Notes: generated by a model from the sequence alone, not told the origin. A DNA stretch of 64,000 nt from Betaproteobacteria bacterium (GCA_032123035.1 JAQBFV010000189.1:243-64242); one strand, 5' to 3'; shown: positions 1 to 8,417, numbered from the stretch's first letter. A program made the numbers and translations.

Positions 1-1
1 G

Positions 2-295
2 CTCATGCTGCAGGCGAGCGCGTTCAAGACGAGCGTATCGGAGAACGTGTTCAGCGACGGGACGCTGGCGAACGCCGGCGTTGGTCTCACGGTCATGACA
101 TCAGGCAAGGTCTCAGGCGGTTCCGTGTCAGCCGGGGGGACGATTACGATCATGGGCGCGAACACCTCGACGTCTGTCGGCACCGCCGTGACGATCATCC
201 TGTCCCCCGTGATCACCGGAGGCAAAGTGATCTGGTCCTGCAGCGCTGGAAGCGTCGCGCAACACAAGTATGTCCCGCCTGAATGCCGTCATTGA
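2..295 (+). CDS. type IV pilin, C-terminal part (5' end outside window)
   Basis: ORF is open to the window edge. It has a Ser/Thr/Gly/Val-rich beta-domain and a C-terminal disulfide-loop tail WSCSAGSVAQHKYVPPECRH, typical of type IVa pilins. Confidence 0.6.
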   Translation, partial: LMLQASAFKTSVSENVFSDGTLANAGVGLTVMTSGKVSGGSVSAGGTITIMGANTSTSVGTAVTIILSPVITGGKVIWSCSAGSVAQHKYVPPECRH

Positions 296-367
296 TCTGC
301 GCGGATATCGAACCCGCGGCGATGACCGCCAGGAGTTCGTCGGACTTAGGTCCGACCAACTCCTAAT

Positions 368-486
368 GCAAAACCGGCACCGGGAAATTTGCAACAAACG
401 ATGACAGATATGCGAATTCACCCTCGCCTCCCTTCACATTCCGCCGCTTCGGCTGGGTTTTCATTGAGATTGTCATCCGGTTTTGC
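368..486. repeat. small element bounded by a perfect 10-bp inverted repeat GCAAAACCGG / CCGGTTTTGC; its left end is homologous to the element at 16822-16954
   Basis: Read directly. AATGCAAAACCG...TTGCAACA is shared with the second copy, and both copies are followed within 5 nt by a long perfect hairpin. Confidence 0.5.
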
Positions 487-490
487 TTTT

Positions 491-526
491 AGCAGCCTCT
501 CGGACTGTTAAGTCCGAGAGGCTGCT
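491..526. other. perfect 16-bp stem / 4-nt loop hairpin in the convergent pilin-moaC spacer
   Basis: AGCAGCCTCTCGGACT GTTA AGTCCGAGAGGCTGCT. There is no 3' U-tract on either strand, so it is not a classical intrinsic terminator. A related hairpin lies at 331-364. Confidence 0.6.
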
Positions 527-642
527 AGGGCAAGGCGATGCCGGAGTTGCGCTCGACGCCGACGATCCTGGGCTGGTTGAGTTTGACCGGGCGCACGATC
601 TTCTTTGCGCGCAGATAGCGCGCAATGACTTCCCAGATTGGC

Positions 643-1137
643 TCACCGCGCGCGTCGACGGGATGTCGCTTTCCAGTGGCCTGATTTCCCACCTTTCTTT
701 TCGAGCAGACGAATGTCCTGTAGCCGCATGCCGCGATCCATCGCCTTGCACATGTCGTAGATCGTGAGCAGGGCAGCTGCAACGGCGGTTAGCGCTTCCA
801 TCTCGACCCCGGTCCGTCCGACGGTCGCCACATTGACCGCGCAATCCACCGCGGAGGCCTTCCGTTTCAGCTCAAATTCGACGCTGATGTTCGTAATGGC
901 CAATGGATGGCAAAGCGGGATCAACTCGCTCGTGCGCTTCGCCGCCTGGATCGCGGCGACTCGTGCCACGCCCAGAACATCGCCTTTCTTTGAGCTACCG
1001 CGCGCGATCTGCCTGAGCGTCGCCGGTCGCATGCGGATGCGCCCACCCGCGCGCGCGATGCGCGCCGTCTCGCCCTTTGCGGCAACGTCGACCATATGCG
1101 CCTGCCCGCGCGCGTCAAAGTGGGTGAGCTTGATCAT
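643..1137 (-). CDS. moaC: cyclic pyranopterin monophosphate synthase MoaC
   Basis: 164 aa. Contains [28 protein letters not shown] and [10 protein letters not shown]...IYDMCKA...GGKSG, the characteristic MoaC motifs. Confidence 0.92.
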   Translation of the reverse strand: MIKLTHFDARGQAHMVDVAAKGETARIARAGGRIRMRPATLRQIARGSSKKGDVLGVARVAAIQAAKRTSELIPLCHPLAITNISVEFELKRKASAVDCAVNVATVGRTGVEMEALTAVAAALLTIYDMCKAMDRGMRLQDIRLLEKKGGKSGHWKATSRRRAR

Positions 1138-1211
1138 GGTCGATTCACCTCTGTGTTAAATGAAATGCAAATGAGCTAGGAACTCCGGGCCGGCAGAATT
1201 ATCATAGCACC

Positions 1212-2645
1212 ATGAGATTACGTATGTTTCTGGCAACTCTGCTGGTTGCAGGCGGCGCGGCGTTCGCCAGCGGTCTTCCCGAACTCGGCGAAATCTCGCA
1301 GGCGGGCTTTTCGCCGTCGCAGGAGCGCCAGCTCGGCGAAAGCATCATGCGTGAAATCCGCGCTGATCCGAGCTACTTCGATGACGCAGAAGCGACCGAC
1401 TACATCAACAATGTCGGCAACCGCATCGCCTCCGGTGCTCAGGGTGCGCGCCAGGACTTCGATTTCTTCCTGATACGCGACTCGCAGATCAATGCGTTCG
1501 CGCTTCCCGGGGGATTCATCGGTATCAACACCGGACTGATACTCGCCGCGCAGAGCGAGTCCGAGATGGCCGGTGTGATGGCGCACGAAGTGGCACACGT
1601 CACGCAGCGCCACATCGCGCGCATGATCGCGAAGCAGGAGTACAGCCAACTCACCAATCTCGCCGTGCTGGCAGCGTCGATTCTGCTTGCGCGTGTGGAT
1701 TCGCAGGCGGGACAAGCTGCAGCGATGTTCGGTCAGGCGGGACTCGCGCAGAGCCAATTGAACTTCACCCGGGCGAACGAACGCGAAGCCGACCGCATCG
1801 GCTTGCAGATGCTCGAGCAGGCGGGGTTTGACCCGCGGGACATGGCCGTATTCTTCGAACGGCTGCAGCGCGCCTCGCGTATTTACGGGGCCGGGGCGCC
1901 GTCCTACCTGCGGACCCATCCTCTCGAATACGAGCGCATTGCGGATATTCAGGGACGCGTCGCGACGCTGTCCTACCGGCAGGTGCCGGACAGCCTGGAA
2001 TTCCAGTTGGTGCGCGCCAAGCTCAGGGCACAGGTCGAGTCGCCGGAAAGCGCGGTGGCGTTTTTCAAGGCAAGTCTCGCCGAGCGCAAATTTCTCAGCG
2101 AGGCAGCGGGTCACTACGGTCTGGCCGTCAGCCTTGCCCGCACCAAGAATTACCCTGCGGCTGAGAAAGAGGTGGCGGCGTTACGTAAGCTCGTGCCGGC
2201 CAGCCCGATCCTGGAAACGCTTGCCTGCGGCGTGATGCAGGGGGCGGGCGATCCGGCCGCACTCGCGTGCTATCGTGAGGCGCTGAAAACGTATCCCACG
2301 TATCGCGCGCTCGTCTACGATTACACTGATGCGCTGCTGCAGGCGCACCAAGCGCAGGCTGCCCTGGGGCTCATCGACGAGCGGCTGAAGTTAATCAGCG
2401 GCGATGACCGCCTCTATGTGCTGAAAGCCCGTGCCCATGCCGCGCTTAACCAGCGTCTCGCTCAGCATCGCGCCCAAGCCGAGGCCTACGCGCGCAGGGG
2501 GGACATTGGCGCGGCGGTCGAGCAGTTGCGGATCGGCCTGAAGAGCGGCGACGGCGACTTCTACCAGAAGTCGAGCGCTGAAGCGCGCCTGCGGGAGCTG
2601 CGGCGCATACAGGAAGAGCAGCTACGCCAGGAAAAACAACCGTGA
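1212..2645 (+). CDS. bepA: M48-family periplasmic metalloprotease with C-terminal TPR region (BepA/YfgC-like)
   Basis: Signal peptide, HEVAHV (HExxH) zinc motif, NEREADRIG, and a TPR-like C-terminal half. Confidence 0.8.
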   Translation: MRLRMFLATLLVAGGAAFASGLPELGEISQAGFSPSQERQLGESIMREIRADPSYFDDAEATDYINNVGNRIASGAQGARQDFDFFLIRDSQINAFALPGGFIGINTGLILAAQSESEMAGVMAHEVAHVTQRHIARMIAKQEYSQLTNLAVLAASILLARVDSQAGQAAAMFGQAGLAQSQLNFTRANEREADRIGLQMLEQAGFDPRDMAVFFERLQRASRIYGAGAPSYLRTHPLEYERIADIQGRVATLSYRQVPDSLEFQLVRAKLRAQVESPESAVAFFKASLAERKFLSEAAGHYGLAVSLARTKNYPAAEKEVAALRKLVPASPILETLACGVMQGAGDPAALACYREALKTYPTYRALVYDYTDALLQAHQAQAALGLIDERLKLISGDDRLYVLKARAHAALNQRLAQHRAQAEAYARRGDIGAAVEQLRIGLKSGDGDFYQKSSAEARLRELRRIQEEQLRQEKQP

Positions 2646-2723
2646 TCCGAGGGGCAGCTGCTTACGCCCCGACAGGTTGGCTGGCAGCGCTCGCGCGTTT
2701 CATTGCGTCAGCGGCAGCGGTTC

Positions 2724-4136
2724 TTAGGCGCCGTTGAGCCCGGCGATGGCGGTATAGAGCAGCCCCAGGACGCCGCTGCCCACGATGACCGGCATGATCC
2801 CCAACCGGTAGCGAAACAGGGCAATCGCGGCGGCGATACCGATGATGAGCGTTGGCCACTCGAAAGCCCCGCTGAAGGGCGCCACTTCCGACCCGCGAGG
2901 CCAGAGCACCTTCCAGGCAAAGAACGCGGCAAGATTGATAACGACGCCCACCACCGCGGCGGTGATGCCGGTGAGCGGCGCCGTGAACTTCAGATTGCCG
3001 TGGGTAGTCTCGATTAGCGGCCCACCCGCGAAAATAAAAAGAAAACTCGGCAGGAACGTGAAGTACGTGACAACCGCGGCAGCGAGGCAACCCGCCAGCA
3101 GTGAGCTATCTGCGCCAAAGAGCTGGGTGCTCCAGCCGCCCACGAAGCCGACGAAGGCGACAACCATGATCAGTGGTCCGGGCGTGGTTTCGCCCAGCGC
3201 GAGGCCATCGATCATCTGGGCAGCTGTCAGCCAGCCGTAGTGCTCGACGCCACCCTGGTACACGTAGGGCAGTACCGCGTAGGCGCCCCCGAAAGTCAGC
3301 AGCGCGGCTTTGGTGAAAAACCACCCCATCTGCGCCAGGGTCCCGTCGAGGCCGAAGCGCGCAATCAGGAAGGTGATGGCGGCTCCCCACAGCACTACGC
3401 CGGTCGCGCAGATGCGCACGAGGCGCTGCCACGTGAACAGGGCATGTGGCGGCGTCGGCGTGTCATCGTCGATCAGAGCGGCGCCATAGCGCCGGCCGAC
3501 CGCGTCGTGGCCGCCACCGGTTGCGAACTTCGCCGGCGCAATGCGACCGCCGATGTAACCGACGATGGCGGCGGTGATGATGATCAGCGGGAAGGGCATG
3601 CCCAGCGCAAAGATTGCGAGGAACGCCGCAGCGGCGATCGCCAACAGGACGCCGTTCTTGAGCGTGCGCGAGCCGATACGGTAGGCGGCAAACACGACGA
3701 CGGCCGTGACCGCAGGCTTGATGCCGTAGAGGATTCCCGCGATCGCGGGCGCGCTGCCGTAGGCCATGTAGATCCAGGACAACCCGATCAGGATGAACAA
3801 CGATGGCAGCACGAACAGCGTGCCGGCGACGAGACCGCCCCGCGTCTCGTGCATGAGCCAGCCGATGTAGGTTGCGAGCTGCTGAGCCTCCGGGCCGGGC
3901 AGTACCATGCAGTAGTTGAGCGCGTGCAGGAAACGCCGGTCGGAGATCCAGCGGCGCCGCTCGACGAGGTCCTGATGCATGATGGCAATTTGTCCGGCAG
4001 GCCCGCCGAAGCTGATGAAGCCAAGCTTGAGCCAATACCAGAACGCGACGCCAAGGGAGACGGGCTGGGGCGGCCGTGCGTTGTCGCCCGGCTCCTGCGC
4101 CTGGACGGGTTGCGAGGTCGCGGTCATGGCGACCAT
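2724..4136 (-). CDS. chrA: chromate transporter ChrA (duplicated CHR domain)
   Basis: FISFGGPAGQIAIMHQDLVERRRWISDRRFLHALNYCMVLPGPEAQQL plus a second CHR half. The ORF is open back to 4265, but that would leave only 32 bp to the divergent kinase gene. Met44 (4136) or Met47 (4127) is the more plausible start. Confidence 0.8.
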   Translation of the reverse strand: MVAMTATSQPVQAQEPGDNARPPQPVSLGVAFWYWLKLGFISFGGPAGQIAIMHQDLVERRRWISDRRFLHALNYCMVLPGPEAQQLATYIGWLMHETRGGLVAGTLFVLPSLFILIGLSWIYMAYGSAPAIAGILYGIKPAVTAVVVFAAYRIGSRTLKNGVLLAIAAAAFLAIFALGMPFPLIIITAAIVGYIGGRIAPAKFATGGGHDAVGRRYGAALIDDDTPTPPHALFTWQRLVRICATGVVLWGAAITFLIARFGLDGTLAQMGWFFTKAALLTFGGAYAVLPYVYQGGVEHYGWLTAAQMIDGLALGETTPGPLIMVVAFVGFVGGWSTQLFGADSSLLAGCLAAAVVTYFTFLPSFLFIFAGGPLIETTHGNLKFTAPLTGITAAVVGVVINLAAFFAWKVLWPRGSEVAPFSGAFEWPTLIIGIAAAIALFRYRLGIMPVIVGSGVLGLLYTAIAGLNGA

Positions 4137-4297
4137 GGTAGCGACCAACTCCGACCGCAGCCACTCGGCGCCACCACGTGCATTAATACCGGCGTCACCC
4201 GGGTTCGACGAGGCGTCTCGCGCGAAGCTGTGATTCAGATCACGTCGGACGAATTCAAGTTTCACGCAAGATTACGGCGTTATGGTATTCTTTTTAC

Positions 4298-5638
4298 ATG
4301 GATATTCCCCGCGCCGGCACCGCACCCCGCGTGCAGCCTCCGATGCAGAAAATCGGCAAGTACGAGGTCATTAAGGAGCTCGGCAAGGGCGCCACAAGTG
4401 TGGTGTACCAGGCCTACGACCCGTTCCAGAACCGTCAGGTCGCGATCAAGCTCGTATTTCCTGAAGCCCTCGTCGACCGGGATCATGGGAAACGCTATCG
4501 CAAATTGTTTGTGACGGAGGCGTCGCTCGCGGGCAAGCTCTCGCATCCTCACATCGCGGCGATCTTCGACGCTGTCGCCGGGGACGATGCCAGCTACATC
4601 GTCATGGAGTACGTGGATGGCACGACGCTAGAAAAGTACGCGCGACACGACCACTTGCTCCCGATTCACAAGATTCTGGATATTGCCTACAAGTGCGCGC
4701 GCGCCCTCGATTACGCGAGCCGGCAGGGCGTCATCCACCGCGACATCAAGCCCGCCAACATCCTGCTGGCCGATCAAGCCGATATCAAGATCTCGGATTT
4801 CGGTGCGGCACTGACGCTCGCGTCGCAAACGACGCAGGTATCCGGCGTGGGCTCGCCGGCCTACATGTCGCCGGAGCAGGTCAAGGAGCAGCCGCTCACG
4901 CACCAAACGGACATATTCTCATTGGGTGTCGTCCTGTATCAGCTGCTGACGGGGCGCTTGCCGTTCCAGGGCACCAACAACTACAGCATGATCTACCAAA
5001 TTATCAACACCGATCCGCTTCCGCCGAGCCGGCAGCGTCCGGGTATTCCCGGCAATGTCGACGCGATCGTCATGCGCGCGTTGCAGAAGAACACGGCCAA
5101 CCGCTACCAGAGCTGGGAAGATTTTGCGGCGGACCTGGTGTTAGCAATGGGGGGGCAGGAAAAGGAAGATAAGGATTTTGCCGAGGCCGAGAAGTTCGAC
5201 ATGCTGCGCAAACTCGACTTCTTCCGGCGTTTCAGCGACATCGAACTATGGGAAGTGCTGAGGCTCTCGCGCTGGCACAAGCATCAGCGCGATACAGCGC
5301 TTATCGAGGAAGGCGATATCGGCTCGTCGTTTTTCATTCTCGTCGCTGGCGAGGTGAAGGTCGTCAAACAGGACCGCCTGCTCAACGTGCTGAAGGCCGG
5401 CGAGTGCTTCGGCGAGATGGCCTACCTCGGCAAGCAGAAATTCCAGCGCTCGGCGAACGTGGTGGCGCTCTCCGCGATCACTGTCATCGAGATCCGCGCT
5501 GAATCCTTGAGCAAGGCCTCCGAGCTTTGCCGCCACCATTTCCATGGCGCATTCCTCGAGCTGCTCGTGGATCGGCTGGCGATGGCGAATGTGCGATTAT
5601 CGCAGCTACTCGCCGACCGCAACATCAGCATCTTCTAA
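4298..5638 (+). CDS. Hanks-type Ser/Thr protein kinase fused to a C-terminal cyclic-nucleotide-binding domain
   Basis: Kinase motifs GKGATSVVY, AIK, HRDIKPANILL, DFG and SPEQ. The C-terminal 130 aa carry FFRRFSD...GDIGSSFFILVAGEVKV...GECFGEMAYL (cNMP-binding fold). An alternative start is at 4343. Confidence 0.85.
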   Translation: MDIPRAGTAPRVQPPMQKIGKYEVIKELGKGATSVVYQAYDPFQNRQVAIKLVFPEALVDRDHGKRYRKLFVTEASLAGKLSHPHIAAIFDAVAGDDASYIVMEYVDGTTLEKYARHDHLLPIHKILDIAYKCARALDYASRQGVIHRDIKPANILLADQADIKISDFGAALTLASQTTQVSGVGSPAYMSPEQVKEQPLTHQTDIFSLGVVLYQLLTGRLPFQGTNNYSMIYQIINTDPLPPSRQRPGIPGNVDAIVMRALQKNTANRYQSWEDFAADLVLAMGGQEKEDKDFAEAEKFDMLRKLDFFRRFSDIELWEVLRLSRWHKHQRDTALIEEGDIGSSFFILVAGEVKVVKQDRLLNVLKAGECFGEMAYLGKQKFQRSANVVALSAITVIEIRAESLSKASELCRHHFHGAFLELLVDRLAMANVRLSQLLADRNISIF

Positions 5639-5764
5639 GCGGCAGAACCGGAGCGGCGCGCAGACGAGTCCCACGCGCAGGTTGTGGCAGGGCGGGAATC
5701 CCCGTATAGAAGAGTCTTATTGTTAGCTGACCGACCGCGGTTCCATTTTTTGGATGAGGGGGGA

Positions 5765-5992
5765 ATGGATTTCGACAAGGAACTCGACGCTCGCGGGCTG
5801 AATTGCCCGCTGCCGATTCTGCGAGCGAAGAAGGCGTTGACGGACATGGCTTCAGGGCAATCGCTCAAGATCCTGGCGACTGACCCCGGTGCGGTGAAGG
5901 ACTTCCAGGCATTCTCCAAGCAGACCGGCCATGCGTTGCTGTCGTCGGAGACGACCGGCACGGAATTCATATTTTTCATGAAAAAGAAGTAG
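5765..5992 (+). CDS. tusA: TusA-family sulfurtransferase
   Basis: 75 aa. LDARGLNCPLPILRAKKAL carries the CPxP active-site motif. A purine-rich GAGGGGGG tract ends immediately upstream of ATG 5765. The upstream part of the 5684 ORF looks non-coding. Confidence 0.8.
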   Translation: MDFDKELDARGLNCPLPILRAKKALTDMASGQSLKILATDPGAVKDFQAFSKQTGHALLSSETTGTEFIFFMKKK

Positions 5993-6088
5993 CATCGTTG
6001 CGGCCAGCGGAACCGCCGCGATAACCGGCGCGCCGCGGCGGACACGAAACGCCGCCCGAGGCGCAGAACGTGAAACACTTGAGGCTGG

Positions 6089-7171
6089 ATGGGCATGGCG
6101 GAATTCTGGCGCGTCCTCGATACCGGGCTGCGGCCTGCAGCTCAGAACATCGCGCTTAACCGCGCGCTGCTCGAGGCGCGCCAGGCCGAAGAGATCCCGA
6201 GCACGTTGCGGTTTCTGCGCTTCGCGCCGTGCGCGCTGCTCGGCTATCACCAGAGCGCCGATCAGGAACTCAACCTCGATTACTGTAGCGCGACCCAGCT
6301 CACGGTGCAGCGCCGCATCACCGGCGGCGGCGCGATCTACTTCGACGAGGGCCAGCTGGGATGGGAGCTATACCTCCATCGGCGCGACTTGGGCACGGCG
6401 GACATGCAGAAGATCTCACGGCGCCTCTGCCACGCGGCGGCGGCCGCTATAAGCGCGCTGGGGGTGGATGCGCGCTATCGCTCCCGCAACGACATCGAGG
6501 TGGACGGGCGTAAGTTATCGGGCACCGGCGGCGTTTTCGACGGCGACGCGCTGCTGTTCCAGGGCACGCTACTTCTCGACTTTGACGTCGAGAAAATGCT
6601 GCGAGTGCTCCGGATATCGACCGAAAAGCTTTCGGACAAGGCAATCGCCTCGGCGCGCGAGCGGGTCACCAGCCTGAGGGACTTGCTGGGCCGCAAGCCG
6701 GACGGCGCGCTCGTGAAACGCTACCTCACCGAAGCGTTCGAGAGCGAGTTCGGCGTCGAATTCAGCGAAGGAGAGCTGACGCTCTCCGAGCACAAGCGCT
6801 TCGAGACGGCGCTGCGCGAAATCGACCATCCGGACTGGATCAACCTCGTGTCACGGCCGGCGGCGGCGTTGCCGATCCTGGAAGCCCAGCAGAAATTCGC
6901 AGGCGGGCTGCTCCGCGCGAACGTCACATTTGACGTGCTGACGCAGACGCTGCGCCAGGTCTGGTTCACGGGGAATATCTTCGTCAGCCCGCGGCGCCTG
7001 GTCGCGGACCTTGAAGCGGTGCTGAGGGATACGCCCCTTGACCGGCTCGATGGCAAAGTGCGCGGTTTCTTCCACGGGCGCCAATTCGACACGCTCGCGC
7101 TCACGCCGGACGATTTCATCACCGTCGTGCAACTCGCGCTCAAACAGCCGGTGGCGGCGCAAAATCGATGA
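6089..7171 (+). CDS. lipoate-protein ligase family protein (LplA-like catalytic domain plus C-terminal accessory domain)
   Basis: LRFLRFAPCALLGYHQ, RRITGGGAIYFDEGQLGWELY and RNDIEVDGRKLSGTGG are BPL/LPL catalytic-domain motifs. At 360 aa it is long enough to carry a fused C-terminal domain. Confidence 0.8.
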   Translation: MGMAEFWRVLDTGLRPAAQNIALNRALLEARQAEEIPSTLRFLRFAPCALLGYHQSADQELNLDYCSATQLTVQRRITGGGAIYFDEGQLGWELYLHRRDLGTADMQKISRRLCHAAAAAISALGVDARYRSRNDIEVDGRKLSGTGGVFDGDALLFQGTLLLDFDVEKMLRVLRISTEKLSDKAIASARERVTSLRDLLGRKPDGALVKRYLTEAFESEFGVEFSEGELTLSEHKRFETALREIDHPDWINLVSRPAAALPILEAQQKFAGGLLRANVTFDVLTQTLRQVWFTGNIFVSPRRLVADLEAVLRDTPLDRLDGKVRGFFHGRQFDTLALTPDDFITVVQLALKQPVAAQNR

Positions 7172-7370
7172 GCGCCGTGCGGTGCGATGTGCTAGTGGTC
7201 GGGCTGGAGCCCGCGGGCGGCTGGTTGCCGGCAGCACAATGTTTACTGGCGACGCGGCCGGGCTGACCCAACCCATCACCGAAGCGGGCATTGCAGCGGC
7301 GGTCGTGTCCGGCGAGTGCGCAGCGACGCGGTTCAGCGCCGCGGCTGGATCGCTTTTCCCGAGCACTTTA
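7168..7370 (+). pseudogene. collapsed relic of a geranylgeranyl-reductase-like FAD-dependent oxidoreductase
   Basis: ATGA overlap with the ligase stop. A 32-codon ORF MSAVRCDVLVVGLEPAGG... is a degenerate GxGxxG N-terminus that ends at TGA 7264. In another frame from 7239, MFTGDAAGLTQPITEAGIAAAVVSGECAA is the C-terminal GDAAG motif. About 250 codons between the two parts are missing. Confidence 0.55.
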
Positions 7371-7383
7371 ACGAGGAGGCAAC

Positions 7384-7572
7384 ATGCGAAAATCCGGTCT
7401 GATTTTGCTGGCAAGCTTGCTGGTCGCGGCGTGCGACAGTGGATCGAAGGCGCCGCCGCCCGACCTCTTTAAGAGCCAGCGCGAGGCGATGGAGAAGGCA
7501 AAGAAAACGGAGGCGGTCATTGACCAGGCAGCGGCGGATCGTCTCAAACGGGAGGAAAAGGAGGCCAAGTGA
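7384..7572 (+). CDS. small lipoprotein, unknown function
   Basis: AGGAGG RBS. Signal peptide with lipobox LLVAAC, followed by a charged helical tail. Confidence 0.6.
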   Translation: MRKSGLILLASLLVAACDSGSKAPPPDLFKSQREAMEKAKKTEAVIDQAAADRLKREEKEAK

Positions 7573-7810
7573 AACCTCTCTCGTTAGTCATCGTCACGTT
7601 GGCATTGGCGGCGCTGGCGTCGGGTGTAGGCGCTCGGATGCGACCTACTCGATTCGCCTCATGACGCCGGAGACGGCGCTCAAGGCCGCCCAGGCGGGGC
7701 TGAAGAAATCTCGTGATTCCGGTTACCGGTTTGTGCTGGCTGACGCCCTCACACGTCGCGCGTGGTGGTCTACAAGGCCTCGACCGGTTATACAGGCACT
7801 CGGTCACGTG
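7569..7810 (+). pseudogene. possible frameshifted and truncated relic of a secreted GlcG/HbpS-like (DUF336) protein
   Basis: Signal peptide VKPLSLVIVTLALAALASGVGA in one frame (stop at 7662). MTPETALKAAQAGLKKSRDSGYRFVLAD follows in a second frame and HVARGGLQGLDR in a third. The remainder is cut off by the convergent DUF4126 gene. Confidence 0.3.
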
Positions 7811-7813
7811 CCG

Positions 7814-8413
7814 TCAGGCGGGGTGGCCGAGCACGCGATGGATCGCGGCGAAGACGTTCCGCACGCCGCGTAGCAGCCGCGGCGCCAGCAGCACCACCAC
7901 GACGACGAAGAGCATCAGTCCGATCAGCAGCAGCACGGGGTACTTGAACGCCGACCACAGGACGGCGATTGCCAGGGCATCTTCACCGAACGATGCCGCC
8001 CAGTTGCTGAAGGGCTCGGGTGACGCGTTGATGAGCACGCGCCCGCCTGCCTTCGTGAAATGCGCTCCCGCGGCAAATACGCCACCCAACAGTCCCGCCG
8101 CGAGCGCGAGACCCTGATCCCCGTGCGCCACAGCTGCTGCGGCGAGCAAAGCGCCGCCGGGAATCCGAATGAAAGTGTGCACGGCGTCCCAGAGGGAGTC
8201 GAAACCGGGAATTTTGTCTGCGAAGAACTCGGTTATGAAGAGTAGGCCGGAGACCCCCATAACGGCGGGGTGCGCGAGCAGCTCGAGGTGCGGCGGCAGC
8301 TCGAGAACGCCGGCGTGATGAAGGATGCCGAGGAAGAAAAGAACCGCGTAGAGCCGCACGCCGCTGGCCCAGCCGAGCCCCGCGATTAATGCCACCGTCG
8401 AGAGCGCGTCCAT
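7814..8413 (-). CDS. DUF4126-type inner-membrane protein
   Basis: Start is Met72 of the 270-aa ORF, 4 nt after the valS stop. It is polytopic and Gly/Ala/Leu-rich, with FITEFFADKIPGFDSLWD. Confidence 0.65.
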   Translation of the reverse strand: MDALSTVALIAGLGWASGVRLYAVLFFLGILHHAGVLELPPHLELLAHPAVMGVSGLLFITEFFADKIPGFDSLWDAVHTFIRIPGGALLAAAAVAHGDQGLALAAGLLGGVFAAGAHFTKAGGRVLINASPEPFSNWAASFGEDALAIAVLWSAFKYPVLLLIGLMLFVVVVVLLAPRLLRGVRNVFAAIHRVLGHPA

Positions 8414-8417
8414 CGCA

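Noticed and set aside
296-366. tRNA-like 3' half on the minus strand (GCGGG TTCGATA TCCGC T-arm-like motif next to an anticodon-arm-like hairpin)
   Set aside because: No complementary 5' acceptor strand and no D-arm are present. The hairpin loop is 6 nt rather than 7, and the T-stem closes with G-U at the conserved G53-C61 position. At best it is a decayed fragment, and it cannot be supported as a gene.
366-392. Sigma-54 promoter-like sequence on the minus strand (CGGTGCCGGTTTTGCA has correct GG-N10-GC spacing)
   Set aside because: It would fire antisense into the 3' end of the pilin gene. The homologous position in the second element copy (16822) does not keep the GG spacing. The match is more simply explained as part of the inverted-repeat terminus.
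3240-4514. Many long ORFs antisense to or overlapping confident genes (for example 3240-4514, 9621-10091, 10194-11099, 12795-14030, 18820-19629, 29725-31014, 33311-34597, 44044-45111, 47232-48605, 62142-62963)
   Set aside because: They are Arg/Ala/Gly/Pro-rich with no recognisable motifs, and they sit opposite genes with unambiguous family signatures. These are typical shadow ORFs of a ~65% GC genome.
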